Part shown: positions 9,511-17,772 of the stretch, one piece after another
How the letters are laid out: every line of letters begins with the position of its first letter
Position numbering within the stretch: the first letter of the stretch is position 1
IMG/VR virus record: IMGVR_UViG_2909262264_000005
Source: a virus
Taxonomy: Duplodnaviria > Heunggongvirae > Uroviricota > Caudoviricetes
DNA: 64,000 nt
Strand: one strand, 5' to 3'
Notes under the pieces: model-generated
Databases searched by the model: none
Told to the model about the DNA's origin: nothing
The model's input: only the letters and a program-made list of their open reading frames with translations
Translations under genes and position numbers: made by a program

Positions 9511-9756
9511 ATGTCAAATACCCAACATCTAAAAGCGGCGGATCCCGTTTTACGCCTCAATGCACTTGAAACGGTTGTTCGGGCGATGCTGTCGAGCATG
9601 ACACCCGAGCAAATAAACAAAGCGCGATTGATTGCTACTCGTGGTGCCCAATTAGCAGCCCTAGATCCATTGCTCACTCCTGCGAATCGCGAAGATGTAG
9701 AGCACATTCAGGGGATGGTTGATTATTTATTCGCCCATATTCCTGATCAGATTTGA
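9511..9756 (+). CDS. Hypothetical protein (81 aa)
   Basis: Strong RBS GGAGGA 7 nt upstream of ATG; lies between Rha and cro on the opposite strand. Confidence 0.5.
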   Translation: MSNTQHLKAADPVLRLNALETVVRAMLSSMTPEQINKARLIATRGAQLAALDPLLTPANREDVEHIQGMVDYLFAHIPDQI

Positions 9757-9837
9757 TTCTTTGAACCATAATTTCAGCGATACGAATGGCCGCCGCTTCG
9801 AGTCTGGCGGCTTCTTTATCTGCATAAGAGCTACCCA

Positions 9838-10083
9838 TCACTTCTCGTCCTCTGTGTGCGCTAAGCTTGGGTGTGGAAAAAGCTCTGGTAGATCTGGACG
9901 AAATTCATACGCTTGGATCTTTCCGTCGACAGCTGCAACCAATAACGGCACAAATTCTGGTGAAATCTTGTTCTTGCAGTTCAACCAATCGCAGACTGTT
10001 GACTGGGCCTTTCCGCATCGCTTGGCTAAGGCTTGCTGACTTCCAAGAATCTCAATAGCTTTCTCTATGGCTTTATGTTTCAT
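9838..10083 (-). CDS. Cro-like HTH repressor
   Basis: Start MKHKAIEKAIEILGSQQALAKRCGKAQSTVCDWLN with RBS AGGAG; divergent from the cI-like gene across a 119-bp operator region. Confidence 0.7.
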   Translation of the reverse strand: MKHKAIEKAIEILGSQQALAKRCGKAQSTVCDWLNCKNKISPEFVPLLVAAVDGKIQAYEFRPDLPELFPHPSLAHTEDEK

Positions 10084-10152
10084 AATCGCATCTCCTATTG
10101 AATGCATAATAACAACAGGAAAAGCGATATTCAACGTTAAACCTAGAATATT

Positions 10153-10168
10153 TATCGGAAAGCCGATA
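10153..10168. promoter_or_regulatory. Operator-like palindrome in cro/cI intergenic region
   Basis: TATCGGAAAGCCGATA (inverted repeat TATCGG/CCGATA); a related half-site GCGATA lies ~30 bp upstream. Confidence 0.35.
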
Positions 10169-10202
10169 GACTAGCCAGGATAGAGAGGGGAGGAAAATCG
10201 CA

Positions 10203-10895
10203 ATGACATTTTCAGAACGACTTGATTTAGCTATGCGCAACGCAAAATTTACGCAAGGTAGGCTGGCCAAAGAAGTGGGTATGGCTCAGTCCAGTGTCAA
10301 TCAACTACTTAACAAAGCCAACGGTTCCAGAAAAACAGTCGAAATAGCAAAAGTTTTGGGCGTTAACCCGGAATGGCTTGCATCGGGTGTTGGCCCAATG
10401 GAAATCGTGACCTCTGCAGACTCACACCAAATACGTAACATTTCTGAAGATTGGGTTACTGATTCGTATGTCGTGGATGTTTTAGACATCAGATATAGTT
10501 GCGGACCTGGTAGTTATAACTCTGATTTTCCTGACATTGTCAGATCTATAGCGATAGAACCAGGATACGCATCAAGAGTTTTTGGCGGCAGACCAGCATC
10601 AGCAATCAAAGCAATAAACGCCCACGGCGACAGCATGAAAGGCACAATAAACCCTGAGGACTTGGTGTTTGTTGACGTATCAGTTCGCTCATTTAATGGC
10701 GATGGTATATACGCTTTTACATACTCAGGAACATCGCACATCAAAAGGCTTCAAAAAATCAAAGACACCCTAACAGTGATCTCAGACAATCCAGCTTACA
10801 AAGATTGGGCTATCGAACAAGATGACTTCGAGCAACTTCACATTGACGGAAAAGTAATCGTAAGTTGGCCTATGACGCTACACCGTTTCGCATAA
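10203..10895 (+). CDS. CI-like prophage repressor (N-terminal HTH, C-terminal S24 LexA-type peptidase domain)
   Basis: 230 aa; HTH region QGRLAKEVGMAQSSVNQLL; C-terminal GDSM...K autocleavage-type domain (AHGDSMKGTINPEDLVFVD). Confidence 0.85.
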   Translation: MTFSERLDLAMRNAKFTQGRLAKEVGMAQSSVNQLLNKANGSRKTVEIAKVLGVNPEWLASGVGPMEIVTSADSHQIRNISEDWVTDSYVVDVLDIRYSCGPGSYNSDFPDIVRSIAIEPGYASRVFGGRPASAIKAINAHGDSMKGTINPEDLVFVDVSVRSFNGDGIYAFTYSGTSHIKRLQKIKDTLTVISDNPAYKDWAIEQDDFEQLHIDGKVIVSWPMTLHRFA

Positions 10896-10918
10896 GCGAT
10901 AATTATTTAACATCCCCG

Positions 10919-10944
10919 CCCACTCCACGAGTGGGTTTTTTTTT
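10919..10944 (+). terminator. Intrinsic terminator after cI-like gene
   Basis: CCCACT-(C)CACG-AGTGGG stem-loop followed by T9. Confidence 0.55.
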
Positions 10945-10963
10945 GAAAAAATCGACAAACCGA

Positions 10964-10992
10964 TTGACAACATGAATAGGTAAACCTATTAT
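10964..10992 (+). promoter_or_regulatory. pL-like sigma70 promoter with embedded operator palindrome
   Basis: TTGACA (10964-10969), 17-bp spacer, TATTAT (10987-10992); spacer contains inverted repeat AATAGGTAAACCTATT (10975-10990). Confidence 0.45.
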
Positions 10993-11041
10993 CATGACAT
11001 AAGTATCGAACTCACCAAAACAATTATAGAGGATGAGGAAA

Positions 11042-11452
11042 ATGTCATCGTATATGGGGTTACCAACAAATCAACACGATGCTCTTGAGAATATTCAACT
11101 CTTAGTAGGGGCTGGAGCACTACTGTATAGCAGCAATAACCCTGAGTTAATTGAACTTGCCAGCTCCATCCTGGCTGTAACTCAAAAATATAGCCTCACC
11201 GCGTCGCGTTTATGCAAACAAAATTTAGTTATTAATTCCCAGAATCGGATTCGCACCCAACGCGAAGCCTGCGGCTTAACAACCGCCGAACTCGCCAGGC
11301 TGCTCGATCTCGATGAAGAAATCATCATCCAGTGGGAAAGCGGAGAGTATGAACCAACTATCAGTATGCTTATCCCACTGGCAAATGTTCTTGGTTGCGA
11401 CCCGATGTGGCTGTTAACCGGTAAACCAACAGGTGGGGATACTTGCGCATGA
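11042..11452 (+). CDS. XRE-family HTH protein (first early-left gene)
   Basis: Start MSSYMGL with RBS GAGGA; C-terminal HTH CGLTTAELARLLDLDEEIIIQWESGEYEP. Confidence 0.55.
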   Translation: MSSYMGLPTNQHDALENIQLLVGAGALLYSSNNPELIELASSILAVTQKYSLTASRLCKQNLVINSQNRIRTQREACGLTTAELARLLDLDEEIIIQWESGEYEPTISMLIPLANVLGCDPMWLLTGKPTGGDTCA

Positions 11453-11814
11453 AAAAGTTCGAAAACATAACCGTTCTCCATGTTGATGACTTTGATTATA
11501 CAAACCCGGAACTTCTCCCGGAGGTTGTAAAGGCAATAGATGTAGCCGATATAGTGATTAGAGGAAAGAGAATTGTCAAAAACAGACTCGCATGCACTTC
11601 AGGAGCAATGACAGAAACAACCCCACAGCAAGATGATTATGAAGGCATTTGTCTGGAACCGGACTCATTTGCGGTAAATGTTTATCATTTATTGCATGCA
11701 ACACGGGTATTACATATGTCCAGTAATCACGAAACAGAAACACTTGGCAGCGAAATTCTGAATTTTGCATGTGAATATGCAAAATCTGCTGCCGAAAAAG
11801 AATTAGCGCAATAA
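11443..11814 (+). CDS. Hypothetical protein (123 aa)
   Basis: Overlaps upstream gene by 10 nt; no recognisable motif. Confidence 0.45.
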   Translation: MRMKKFENITVLHVDDFDYTNPELLPEVVKAIDVADIVIRGKRIVKNRLACTSGAMTETTPQQDDYEGICLEPDSFAVNVYHLLHATRVLHMSSNHETETLGSEILNFACEYAKSAAEKELAQ

Positions 11815-12196
11815 CAATAAATATTCCCTGAATGTTTATTACGGTTTTATCGCCGGGGATTGTTGCAACCTTTATTCGCAGGAGATTATGTTATGACTTT
11901 CCTGAAACATAAGGCATCGTATAAAACTGCCTGCCTCATTGCACAACATGGAGATTCTTATCTTCATATAGCCAGCCTGTATTTGCGCAAAGCATATGGG
12001 AGATAAGTCAATGGAAGAAAAACAACAAAACATAACACATAAAAAAAGTAAGAGTGTTGCTAACCATTGAAAATGGTGAAGTAATTTACTCAAAACATCT
12101 GTTGGATAATGAATTCGTTGGCTGCATGGATACATTTCTGTGGATGGCAAAAAGAGCTGGCTACACGATTATTCCACCAGCAAAGGAGCAAACATT

Positions 12197-12778
12197 ATGA
12201 ATCATTCAGAGTTCCGACCAGAAGTTACGCCACATGGCATAAAAATTGGCAATACAACCATTGATTATGTTGAGGCCGTACAGCGGCTTAATGATGGTGA
12301 ATACGATAATCCATACTGGCACGGGTTAAGAATCATGCAATGTATTGCAGAAGCTGATGATGCCGGACTGCTGGGCAAATTTTCAGTCGATATGAAGGTT
12401 GCCCAGTGGCGCTGGCTATATGTAGCGAAATTTATCAGTGAAGTGGAAGACAAGAACGGCACCATTGATATCCCTAACGATAACGGAACTACAGATCGCG
12501 CAGTTATTTATAAGGGGAAGCATGGTTGCATGAGTATATACCCAGGACCACTTCGCATTGCCCTGCAAAACCATGTCGAATGGGGATTTATTGAAAAATA
12601 TGGTGAAGCTGAAGGCATGGGGCGAGTTCTGTTTCTCTATCAAAAAATGCTCATCGCAGATCCTAATAATGGTTTCATTGTCTCTGCTATGGGGCGCGAA
12701 GGGCTTGAACTCCTTCTGGATGAAATGATTCACGATCTGAATACTCATGGTATGCCAGAAGCGCCAGTGACACATTAA
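12197..12778 (+). CDS. Hypothetical protein (193 aa)
   Basis: Start MNHSEFRPEV with RBS AAGGAG 8 nt upstream; the six-frame ORF extends upstream from 12140. Confidence 0.5.
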   Translation: MNHSEFRPEVTPHGIKIGNTTIDYVEAVQRLNDGEYDNPYWHGLRIMQCIAEADDAGLLGKFSVDMKVAQWRWLYVAKFISEVEDKNGTIDIPNDNGTTDRAVIYKGKHGCMSIYPGPLRIALQNHVEWGFIEKYGEAEGMGRVLFLYQKMLIADPNNGFIVSAMGREGLELLLDEMIHDLNTHGMPEAPVTH

Positions 12779-12954
12779 ATATTAAGAAGAATATAATTCT
12801 TCCGTTTTTTACTAACCGTTTATATGAAAAGCAACCGTGAATTAAGCAGAGTAAAACTGCTTTTAATCCTTGCCACAGTACTGACACTAACAGAAATCAT
12901 TATTCTCTTTATTGCGCTGTCAGTCAGTTAAAAATATCGGGATGCAACAAACCA

Positions 12955-13143
12955 ATGAGATTGTATTTCAGAATAGTAATTTTACTGGCAATTATCGCAT
13001 GCATTTACGGACTACTCGTCCCGTTCCTTATATCCATGAAGGATACGGTAGCAGTCATTTCCGGCTTTGCACTGGCGTTTCTGACCCCGCCCTGCATTTA
13101 TGCCATTTACAAGGGTCTTTCTTTCACTAAGGGTAAAAGATGA
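12955..13143 (+). CDS. Small membrane protein (62 aa, two predicted TM helices)
   Basis: MRLYFRIVILLAIIACIYGLLVPFLISM…AVISGFALAFLTPPCIYAIY; stop overlaps the start of the SPFH gene (ATGA). Confidence 0.45.
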   Translation: MRLYFRIVILLAIIACIYGLLVPFLISMKDTVAVISGFALAFLTPPCIYAIYKGLSFTKGKR

Positions 13144-13967
13144 AAAAGGTTATTTTTGCTTTAGCCATTGTTCTTCCGACCATTGGCCTTGTCGGTTGCG
13201 ATCGCGTTGAACCAGGTAATGTTGGCATCAAGGTAAATAAACTGGGCGACGACAAAGGCGTCGGTGAAGTGGTTGGCGTTGGCCGCTACTGGACCGGCTG
13301 GAATACTGAAGTTTACATCTTCCCGACCTTCAAACAAATGAAGACCTACGATGAACCGTTCAGTTTCCAGATGAGTGACGGTACAACCATCGGCTATCAC
13401 ATCGGCGTGGCCTACAAAGTTGACCCATCCAAAGTTACCACGGTGTTTCAGACCTACCGCAAAGGCGTGGATGACATTACCGACACCGACCTGCGTCAAA
13501 AGATCGCCGACGCACTCAATCGACTGGCCAGCAAAATGACCACCGACAAATTTATCGACGGCGGGAAGTCTGAACTACTGGATGCAGCTCTTAAAGACAT
13601 TCAGGAGGAAATGACACCCATCGGTATTCAGGTAATGAGCCTCTCATATGTGGGTAAGCCGGAGTACCCGTCAACCGTTATCGACAGCATTAATGCCAAA
13701 GTCACGGCGAACCAGAAAACACTGCAGCGCGAGCAGGAAGTTAAACAGCGCGAAGCGGAAGCCAACATGTTGCGCGCGGAAGCTGCCGGACAGGCTGATG
13801 CGATTCGCACAAAAGCCCAGGCCGAAGCCGATGCTATTCGTTTACGCGGTGAAGCTCTGCGCCAGAACCCCGGTGTTATGGAGCTGGAAGCCATCAATAA
13901 ATGGAACGGCACACTGCCGCAATACATGACCAGCGGTGCAAATACACCATTTATCCAGGTTAAATAA
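13140..13967 (+). CDS. SPFH/band-7 (prohibitin/flotillin-like) domain lipoprotein
   Basis: Lipoprotein signal MKKVIFALAIVLPTIGLVGC; SPFH core (NVGIKVNKLG…) and Ala/Glu-rich coiled-coil C-terminus (EAEANMLRAEAAGQADAIRTKAQAEADAIR). Confidence 0.7.
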   Translation: MKKVIFALAIVLPTIGLVGCDRVEPGNVGIKVNKLGDDKGVGEVVGVGRYWTGWNTEVYIFPTFKQMKTYDEPFSFQMSDGTTIGYHIGVAYKVDPSKVTTVFQTYRKGVDDITDTDLRQKIADALNRLASKMTTDKFIDGGKSELLDAALKDIQEEMTPIGIQVMSLSYVGKPEYPSTVIDSINAKVTANQKTLQREQEVKQREAEANMLRAEAAGQADAIRTKAQAEADAIRLRGEALRQNPGVMELEAINKWNGTLPQYMTSGANTPFIQVK

Positions 13968-14007
13968 CTTATATGCCCGGCAGGCCGCCGGGCTAAGGGA
14001 AATGCAG

Positions 14008-14367
14008 ATGAACACCCAGAATACTCAACCGCAAATAATGAACTATGACCCGAATCTGACGTCATGCGGACGCATGGCAAAACAAACCGTTCGATTAACT
14101 TTCGGACTATGGGAATACCGCGAAACATTCGAAGTTACTGTCGGCGGCAATCTGACCGGACTGGATGTTATCAGTTGCGCTATTGAAAGCCTGTACGAAA
14201 CGCTGCCTTATGAAGAAGTCGAGGATGAGCGCGATATCATAGCCACCATTAATATCGGCGGACTGGAATGCAAGGATGAAAACCTGTCCGGAGAGCTCTG
14301 GCTTGCCGGGATGCTTATCTCAGCAGAAATTATCAGTATTGAACCCGCTACAAACATACAGCTCTGA
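14008..14367 (+). CDS. Hypothetical protein (~119 aa)
   Basis: ORF with RBS AAGGGA 7 nt upstream of the ATG at 14008; start uncertain. Confidence 0.4.
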   Translation: MNTQNTQPQIMNYDPNLTSCGRMAKQTVRLTFGLWEYRETFEVTVGGNLTGLDVISCAIESLYETLPYEEVEDERDIIATINIGGLECKDENLSGELWLAGMLISAEIISIEPATNIQL

Positions 14368-14398
14368 AGTTCTCACTATTCAGAGAGCAGGAGAAAAA

Positions 14399-14641
14399 AT
14401 GTTCGCTTTGATTAATCAAGGGCAACTGTATACCGACAGTGCCGGTTACCCGATAAAAATTATTCGCTGCATAAACAACACTGTGTTGTACAGAAGAATG
14501 GATGGGCGAACACAGTCGGTAAAAATAAACGATTTTAATGAACTGTTTGAACGGCTCGATCACCAGGAATACCGACAAATTCTGGCAGAAACAGAACAGG
14601 AAACTCATCTGAAAAAATTACGGGCCATGAAAAGGAAATAA
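14399..14641 (+). CDS. Hypothetical protein (80 aa)
   Basis: Start MFALINQGQLY with RBS AGGAG. Confidence 0.4.
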   Translation: MFALINQGQLYTDSAGYPIKIIRCINNTVLYRRMDGRTQSVKINDFNELFERLDHQEYRQILAETEQETHLKKLRAMKRK

Positions 14642-14644
14642 AGA

Positions 14645-14791
14645 ATGAATAAAGCGTTTGAGCTATGGGTACGCCAGCGTTACGGCAATCGCTATGACCT
14701 GACGCGAGATGTTGACGGTTTCTACTGCCGTGAAATTGTGAAACGAATGTTTGAAGTGTGGTGCCACTGCCGTGGGCTGAATGTTGTATGA
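14645..14791 (+). CDS. Small hypothetical protein (48 aa)
   Basis: MNKAFELWVRQRYGNRYDLTRDVDGFYCREIVKRMFEVWCHCRGLNVV; below the 60-aa track cut-off; tight spacing with flanking genes. Confidence 0.3.
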   Translation: MNKAFELWVRQRYGNRYDLTRDVDGFYCREIVKRMFEVWCHCRGLNVV

Positions 14792-14799
14792 GGTGAACT

Positions 14800-15009
14800 G
14801 TGGGGCTGGATTGCGTACCTATATCAACCTACTGCCGCAACGCAGGAGAAACGGTTGATGCCGTTAACAAACGGATACAAAGAGGAATATGGAAAGAAGG
14901 GGTACATGTATTAAAAGTCGACGGAGTTAAAGAACGTTGGGTCGACTTAATGGAGATTACAAAATGGGCAAGAAAGAACAAGGATCATTATCTCTCCCTA
15001 GAGGAGTAA
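14800..15009 (+). CDS. xis: Excisionase (Xis-like)
   Basis: 69 aa from a GTG; …LDCVPISTYCRNAGETVDAVNKRIQRG.WKEGVHVLKV.GVKERWVDL… paralog of 62114-62320; 3' end overlaps the integrase start. Confidence 0.65.
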   Translation: MGLDCVPISTYCRNAGETVDAVNKRIQRGIWKEGVHVLKVDGVKERWVDLMEITKWARKNKDHYLSLEE

Positions 15010-16136
15010 CTATTCGGCAGCATAAAACTGGTAGCACTCTGGTTATCACTTTTACATATAAAGGGGTTCTGTGTCGGGAGCCCCTCTCCAGAATGGAAGT
15101 AAACGCGCGCGGTGTGAAGTACGCAGAACGTCTGCTGGGAGAAATAAAAAATCAGATTATCGATGGTACCTTCGAATATGCAAAATACTTCCCCAACTCC
15201 CAAAAGCTGGAGTTGTTCGGGGGAGTGAAAAAAAACAAAAATATAAAATCTTATCTGGATGAATACCTGATTATCTGCCAGAACCGTAACCTGTCACCAT
15301 CGACAATTAGAGGTTATGAAAAATGCTTGTCGGCGCTGTCAGCATTGCATAAATTTCATGTATCAGAACTGACACCTGCTGTACTAAAAAACTGGATCGC
15401 CAGCAGAAAAACAAAACTGAAAACGATCCGCAATAATCTTTCGTTTCTGCGCAGCGCCATAGATGAAGCGGTGACCGATGGTTTGTTAACAATAAATCCT
15501 GTCACGCTAGTCAGCGCCAGCCGGTATCACGTATTGGACAACACACCAGGCAGTGGTGATTACGAGGTCGATCCCTTTACACCAGCGGAGACGGCAGCAA
15601 TCTATGACGCCTGTCATTACCCGGAATGGCGAAATCTGTTTCGCTTTGCCTTTAATACCGGACTGCGTAGCTCAGAATTGTGCGCGTTGCGCTGGACGGA
15701 TATAGACTTCATCGGCAACACCGCGCATGTTCAAACTGCAAGCGTAGTCGGGGTAATCAAAAGCACCAAAACAAAAGCCGGCACCCGCAAAGTGCAACTG
15801 AACAGCGAAGCGCTGGCGGCTCTTCAGGCACAAAAGCCCTACACGGCGCTAAAGAGCGACTTCATATTCAGCGATCCGAAAACTCGCGCTCCTTGGGCAA
15901 ACGCAGATGCGATCCGAAAAAAAGCCTGGGTACCAACCCTTAAAAAAGCTGGTGTACGCTATCGCAATCCGTACCAGACACGCCACACGTTCGCCACACG
16001 GCACATTAGCCAGGGCGTTAACCTGTTCTGGCTTGCTGGTCAGATGGGACATAAAGGACCGGAAATGCTGTTCAGACATTACGGCTCTTACCTTGCAGAA
16101 TACGATGGAAAAACGGCGATTTCTGCAGCCCCGTAA
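14964..16136 (+). CDS. int: Tyrosine integrase (phage integrase family)
   Basis: 390 aa; C-terminal catalytic region …RNPYQTRHTFATRHISQGVNLFWLAGQMGHKGPEMLFRHYGSYL; adjacent to att core. Confidence 0.9.
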   Translation: MGKKEQGSLSLPRGVTIRQHKTGSTLVITFTYKGVLCREPLSRMEVNARGVKYAERLLGEIKNQIIDGTFEYAKYFPNSQKLELFGGVKKNKNIKSYLDEYLIICQNRNLSPSTIRGYEKCLSALSALHKFHVSELTPAVLKNWIASRKTKLKTIRNNLSFLRSAIDEAVTDGLLTINPVTLVSASRYHVLDNTPGSGDYEVDPFTPAETAAIYDACHYPEWRNLFRFAFNTGLRSSELCALRWTDIDFIGNTAHVQTASVVGVIKSTKTKAGTRKVQLNSEALAALQAQKPYTALKSDFIFSDPKTRAPWANADAIRKKAWVPTLKKAGVRYRNPYQTRHTFATRHISQGVNLFWLAGQMGHKGPEMLFRHYGSYLAEYDGKTAISAAP

Positions 16137-16268
16137 CGGCAAAATATTTCAAAATGTTGTACAGAATCAGGACGTTACCGGGACAACAATATGTACGTAA
16201 AATGCACATAATTCATTGTTTGAAAAAATAAATCGTTCATATTCAGTAAATTAGATTAATCACGATCA

Positions 16269-16295
16269 CGGGTTCAACTCCCGCCAGCTCCACCA
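16269..16295 (+). other. att core: duplicate of the tmRNA (ssrA) 3' end (T-arm + acceptor 3' strand + CCA)
   Basis: CGGGTTCAACTCCCGCCAGCTCCACCA = T-stem/TΨC loop (GGTTCAACTCC), acceptor 3' strand CAGCTCC, discriminator A, CCA; upstream sequence is integrase 3' flank, so only the 3' fragment is present; matches my recollection of the E. coli ssrA 3' end. Confidence 0.6.
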
Positions 16296-16426
16296 ATCAT
16301 GATTGGACGGTGTAAGGACAACACCAACAAAAACAGGAAGTTAGCAGTCTCAGCAGGACACCGACCAGACGGTGAGGAGACAAAAAAGGATACGCAAAGG
16401 AGCCGCGGCTCTCGAGTGACACAAAA

Positions 16427-16453
16427 GCCCGCTTATGCGGGCTTTTTGTTTTT
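16427..16453 (+). terminator. Intrinsic terminator downstream of the att core
   Basis: GCCCGC-TTAT-GCGGGC followed by TTTTTGTTTTT. Confidence 0.5.
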
Positions 16454-16529
16454 CCCTTAAGTTCCTAGCCGCTTATCTATAACTATGGAAAAATGTTAAC
16501 CCTGACTGTATGTTAACAAAGGGATGTAT

Positions 16530-17738
16530 ATGTCGGTTTTTCATAACTGGCTGCTTGATATCGCAAGCGGGAATTACTTTATCTACATCAAACGCCTTTC
16601 TGCAAACGACACAGGCGCAACAGGTGGCCATCAGGTCGGACTTTATATCCCCTCAAATATCGTTGAAAAGCTTTTTCCATCTATCAATCATACTCGCGAA
16701 CTGAACCCTTCAGTCTTCCTTACTGCGCATGTATCATCCCATGATTGCCCTGATACCCAAGCACGCGCAATTTATTACAACAACCGTTATTTTGGTAAGA
16801 CCCGAAACGAAAAAAGAATTACGCGCTGGGGGAGAGGAAGTCCATTACAGAACCCTGAAAATACAGGAGCCCTCACAATTCTTGCTTTCAGGTTAAACGA
16901 ACAGAACACTGACTGTTCCGAGGTAGATATATGGGTCTGCGTCAATCCCGATGAAGAGGATATCATCGAGTCTGCTATTGGCGAAATCATACCTGGAACC
17001 CTAATTTCCGGCCCTGCCGGACAAATTTTGGGCGGATTGTCTCTTCAGCAAACTCCAGTAAATCATAAATATGTTATTCCTGAAGACTGGAAGAAGCGTT
17101 TTCCTTCTGGAAACGAAATTATTCAATATGCTGCTGGCCATTATGCTAAAAACTCCAAGGATCCAGATGAGCAACTGATTGACCGTCGGCGTGTCGAGTA
17201 TGATATTTTTCTACTCGTCGAGGAATTACATGTTATTGATATTATTAAGAAAGGATTCGATTCTGTAGATGAGTTTATTGCATTAGCCAACTCTGTCAGT
17301 AATCGACGTAAATCAAGGGCAGGCAAATCACTTGAACTTCACCTAGAGAAGCTTTTTATCGAGCACGGACTACGGCATTTCTCCACTCAGGCAGTTACTG
17401 AAGGTAATAAAAAACCAGATTTCCTGTTTCCTTCAGCAGAGGCATATCATAACGTTGAATTTCCTGTAGAAAACTTACGTATGCTGGCAGTAAAGACCAC
17501 CTGCAAAGATCGCTGGCGTCAGATACTGAATGAAGCAGATAAAATCCATCAGGTACATTTATTTACACTGCAAGAAGGTGTTTCTTCAGCACAATACCGA
17601 GAAATGAAAGATGCGGGTGTCAGACTCGTTGTACCATCAACTTTACATAAAAAATACCCAGAAGCAGTTAGAGAAGAATTAATAACGCTCGGAGCATTCA
17701 TTACTGAGCTGATAGAGCTTTACGCTGAACTATCATAG
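16530..17738 (+). CDS. Type II restriction endonuclease, EcoRII family
   Basis: Start MSVFHNWLLDIASGNYFIYIKRLSANDTGATGGHQVGLYIPS matches my recollection of the EcoRII N-terminus; ~402 aa; convergent with a C5-cytosine methyltransferase. Confidence 0.75.
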   Translation: MSVFHNWLLDIASGNYFIYIKRLSANDTGATGGHQVGLYIPSNIVEKLFPSINHTRELNPSVFLTAHVSSHDCPDTQARAIYYNNRYFGKTRNEKRITRWGRGSPLQNPENTGALTILAFRLNEQNTDCSEVDIWVCVNPDEEDIIESAIGEIIPGTLISGPAGQILGGLSLQQTPVNHKYVIPEDWKKRFPSGNEIIQYAAGHYAKNSKDPDEQLIDRRRVEYDIFLLVEELHVIDIIKKGFDSVDEFIALANSVSNRRKSRAGKSLELHLEKLFIEHGLRHFSTQAVTEGNKKPDFLFPSAEAYHNVEFPVENLRMLAVKTTCKDRWRQILNEADKIHQVHLFTLQEGVSSAQYREMKDAGVRLVVPSTLHKKYPEAVREELITLGAFITELIELYAELS

Positions 17739-17772
17739 GCTGACTCCCGGCTTAAAAGGCCGGGAGATGTTC

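Larger units (their letters stand above)
1130..16295. mobile_element. Lambdoid prophage A, right-hand portion (late-operon leader genes, cargo porin, Q, replication, immunity, early-left genes, xis-int, att)
   Basis: Contiguous phage-type gene order ending with integrase followed 132 nt later by a tmRNA 3'-end duplicate; lysis and morphogenesis genes of this prophage are not in the window. Confidence 0.75.

Noticed and set aside
16269-16295. Complete tRNA or tmRNA gene
   Set aside because: Only the 27-nt 3' portion is present; the upstream 130 nt is integrase 3' flank with no D- or anticodon-arm equivalents. Treated as an att-site duplicate.
16299-16457. 52-aa ORF immediately downstream of the att core
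   Set aside because: No RBS, ends inside the terminator hairpin, and lies in sequence that is more likely att flank or 3' UTR.
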